Shown here: positions 62,362-64,000 of the stretch, piece by piece | Numbering within the stretch: the stretch's first letter is position 1 | Layout: each line of letters starts with the position of its first letter | DNA from: an uncultured Chloroflexia bacterium | Lineage (GTDB): Bacteria; Chloroflexota; Limnocylindria; Limnocylindrales; CSP1-4 | Reading direction: 5' to 3' | Assembly: GCA_963813535.1 (NCBI GenBank) | Contig: CAWEZH010000003.1 | Coordinates: forward strand, 96,001 to 160,000 | DNA: 64,000 nucleotides | Notes under the pieces: generated by a model | Databases searched by the model: none | Told to the model about the DNA's origin: nothing | What the model saw: the letters and a program-made list of their open reading frames with translations, nothing else | Program-made: the position numbers and the translations under genes

Positions 62362-63622
62362 CGACCGGATAGAGGGTGACGTCGACGTCGTCGGGGAGGA
62401 TCGACTCGAACGCCGCTCGGGCCTCCGAAAGCGTGGCCGCCTCGGTCCGGATGGCGCTGCCGTCCTCGAACTCGACCGACGCTGCGCGCGCGAGGGCGCG
62501 CGGCAGCTCGCCGTCGATCGCGGGCACGGACGGGACGAAGGCGAACCAGCGACGTCGCCCGTCGAGCGGGTCGACCGCGGACACCCCGCCGCGCGTCGCG
62601 GGCGGCAGGCCCGCCCACGTCGAGCCGATGCCGCGAGCGACGGCGACGAGATCACCGAGCACCGCGCTGCTCGTCGCCGCCCCGCCGGCGCCCGGACCGG
62701 CGACGCGGATCGTGCCGAGCGGCTCCGCCTCGATCTCGATGCGGTTGGTCACGCCATCGGTCCAGCCGAACGGGCTGTCGGCCGAGACGGCGGTCGGGAT
62801 GACCGCGGCCTCGATATCGTCGCCGCGCCGGCTCGCCGAGGCGAGCAGCTTGATGGTCAGCCCGAGCGCTGCGGCGCCCTCGATCTCCTGGTCGGTCACG
62901 CCGGTGATCCCGGCGCGGCCCATGCCCCGCACGGTCGGTGGGCGACGGCCGACGCTGTCCGGCTCCAGCCAGTCCCCGAACGCGAGGCGGGCCAGGATCA
63001 CCAGCTTGTTGACGGCATCGTCGCCCTCGACGTCACCGGATGGGTCGGCCTCGGCGTAGCCCTGCTCCTGCGCCTCGCGGAGCACATCGTCATACGGCTG
63101 GCCGTCCTGGGCCATGGCCGTGAGGATGTAGTTGGTCGTGCCGTTGACGATGCCGCGGACACGCACGATGTCATTGCCCGCCAGGTCCGCGGCGAGTGGG
63201 GCCAGGATTGGGATGCCACCCGCGACAGCGGCCTCGAACCGGAACGCCGCCCCCGTCCGCCGTGCGGCGGCTTCCAGCTCAGGGCCGTGGTGAGCGATGA
63301 CCGACTTGTTCGCGGTGACGACGGGCTTCCCCGCACCGAGCGCGGCGGTGATCAGCGTGCGCGCCGGCTCGAGGCCACCCATGAGCTCGACGATGATGTC
63401 GGTGTCTGGATCCGCGACCACGTGCGCCGGGGCGTCGCTGAGGAGGTCCATGCCGAGACCGTCTCGCGCCTTGCCGAGGTCACGCACCACGACCGCGGTG
63501 AGCACGAGCGCTGGCGCGTCGGCAGTGGCGAGTCGATCCGGATGATGGAGCAGGCCATCGAGCACCGCGCCGCCGACCGTGCCCGCCCCAAGGACGGCGA
63601 CACGCAGGGGCGGACGACTCAT
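62354..63622 (-). CDS. hom: Homoserine dehydrogenase
   Basis: [48 protein letters not shown]. Confidence 0.95.
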   Translation of the reverse strand: MSRPPLRVAVLGAGTVGGAVLDGLLHHPDRLATADAPALVLTAVVVRDLGKARDGLGMDLLSDAPAHVVADPDTDIIVELMGGLEPARTLITAALGAGKPVVTANKSVIAHHGPELEAAARRTGAAFRFEAAVAGGIPILAPLAADLAGNDIVRVRGIVNGTTNYILTAMAQDGQPYDDVLREAQEQGYAEADPSGDVEGDDAVNKLVILARLAFGDWLEPDSVGRRPPTVRGMGRAGITGVTDQEIEGAAALGLTIKLLASASRRGDDIEAAVIPTAVSADSPFGWTDGVTNRIEIEAEPLGTIRVAGPGAGGAATSSAVLGDLVAVARGIGSTWAGLPPATRGGVSAVDPLDGRRRWFAFVPSVPAIDGELPRALARAASVEFEDGSAIRTEAATLSEARAAFESILPDDVDVTLYPVDD

Positions 63623-63722
63623 CGGTGGGGCTCGCGACGGGGGCGCGCATCGCGTCGAATGGTAGCCCGCCACTGGGCGGCCGGAGCGACGCGGATCAGC
63701 AGCTCGCCCGACCGCGGCGACG

Positions 63723-63756
63723 CGACCGAGGGCCGCCGATGGGCGGCCCTCGGTCG
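63723..63756. terminator. 15-bp perfect hairpin downstream of the MFS gene (probable terminator)
   Basis: CGACCGAGGGCCGCC-GATG-GGCGGCCCTCGGTCG. Confidence 0.65.
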
Positions 63757-63789
63757 TCGCACTCCCCCAACGGCCCGCGTGAGGCGGGC

Positions 63790-64000
63790 TCAGGTCACGC
63801 CGGCGCTCGCTGCCCGAACGTTCTCGGTCTCGCCGCCGACTTCGTCCCAGATCCGCACGTCCTTGGTCTCGCGGATGAACCGCCAGCCGATGAACGCGGT
63901 GATCAAGGCCACCACGATCGGGTAGATCAACCCGGCGTAGATGTTGCCGGTCGCGGCGAACAAGGTCGCCGCGATGAGCGGCAGGAACCCGCCGAACCAG
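63790..64000 (-). CDS. MFS transporter (metabolite:H+ symporter-like), C-terminal fragment
   Basis: Reads WFGGFLPLIAATLFAATGNIYAGLIYPIVVALIT..RETKD to a stop at 63790; the gene begins beyond the window. Confidence 0.82.
   Translation of the reverse strand, partial: WFGGFLPLIAATLFAATGNIYAGLIYPIVVALITAFIGWRFIRETKDVRIWDEVGGETENVRAASAGVT

Noticed and set aside
63623-63790. T-box or thr attenuator upstream of hom
   Set aside because: No T-box consensus and no Thr-rich leader peptide; the hairpins are better explained as the MFS terminator.

Overview
A very GC-rich (roughly 70%, by eye), gene-dense bacterial chromosome segment with about 56 CDSs, mostly on the minus strand. I infer a Chloroflexota-like monoderm (possibly Limnocylindria/Ellin6529) from gene content; no marker gene here confirms this. 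In order, it holds: a peptide/nickel-family ABC transporter with solA-like oxidase, NUDIX, CocE/NonD hydrolase and aminotransferase; a cyclic-nucleotide module (FOXRED2-like flavoprotein, two stand-alone cNMP-binding proteins, a class III cyclase-STAND ATPase-TPR protein and a small Zn-finger protein); thyX; punA-macrodomain-AlkZ-like glycosylase; moaA; an acidic coiled-coil protein plus a pseudo-receiver-MinD/CpaE ATPase; acs, mscS, IclR and a class III aminotransferase; PhoX-like and DUF885 proteins; a pseudo-methyltransferase/Zn-ribbon/nuclease fusion; DinB, a TPR-HIRAN-like protein and PolX; two diguanylate cyclases; a birA-ECF sigma-accDA-accB'-accC-fabZ-phosphoesterase-fabF-accB-fabH-fabG cluster; lysC; and hom-thrC-thrB. 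I saw no rRNA, tRNA, CRISPR array, transposase or integrase. The best leads are the catalytically degenerate MTase-nuclease fusion, a non-biotinylatable BCCP paralogue (BADC-like) inside the acc operon, the cNMP/FOXRED2 module, DnaA-box clusters, phased GTAC motifs and pervasive leaderless promoters. Four single-base frameshifts in three genes look like sequencing errors. All family assignments are motif recognition by eye, not database searches.
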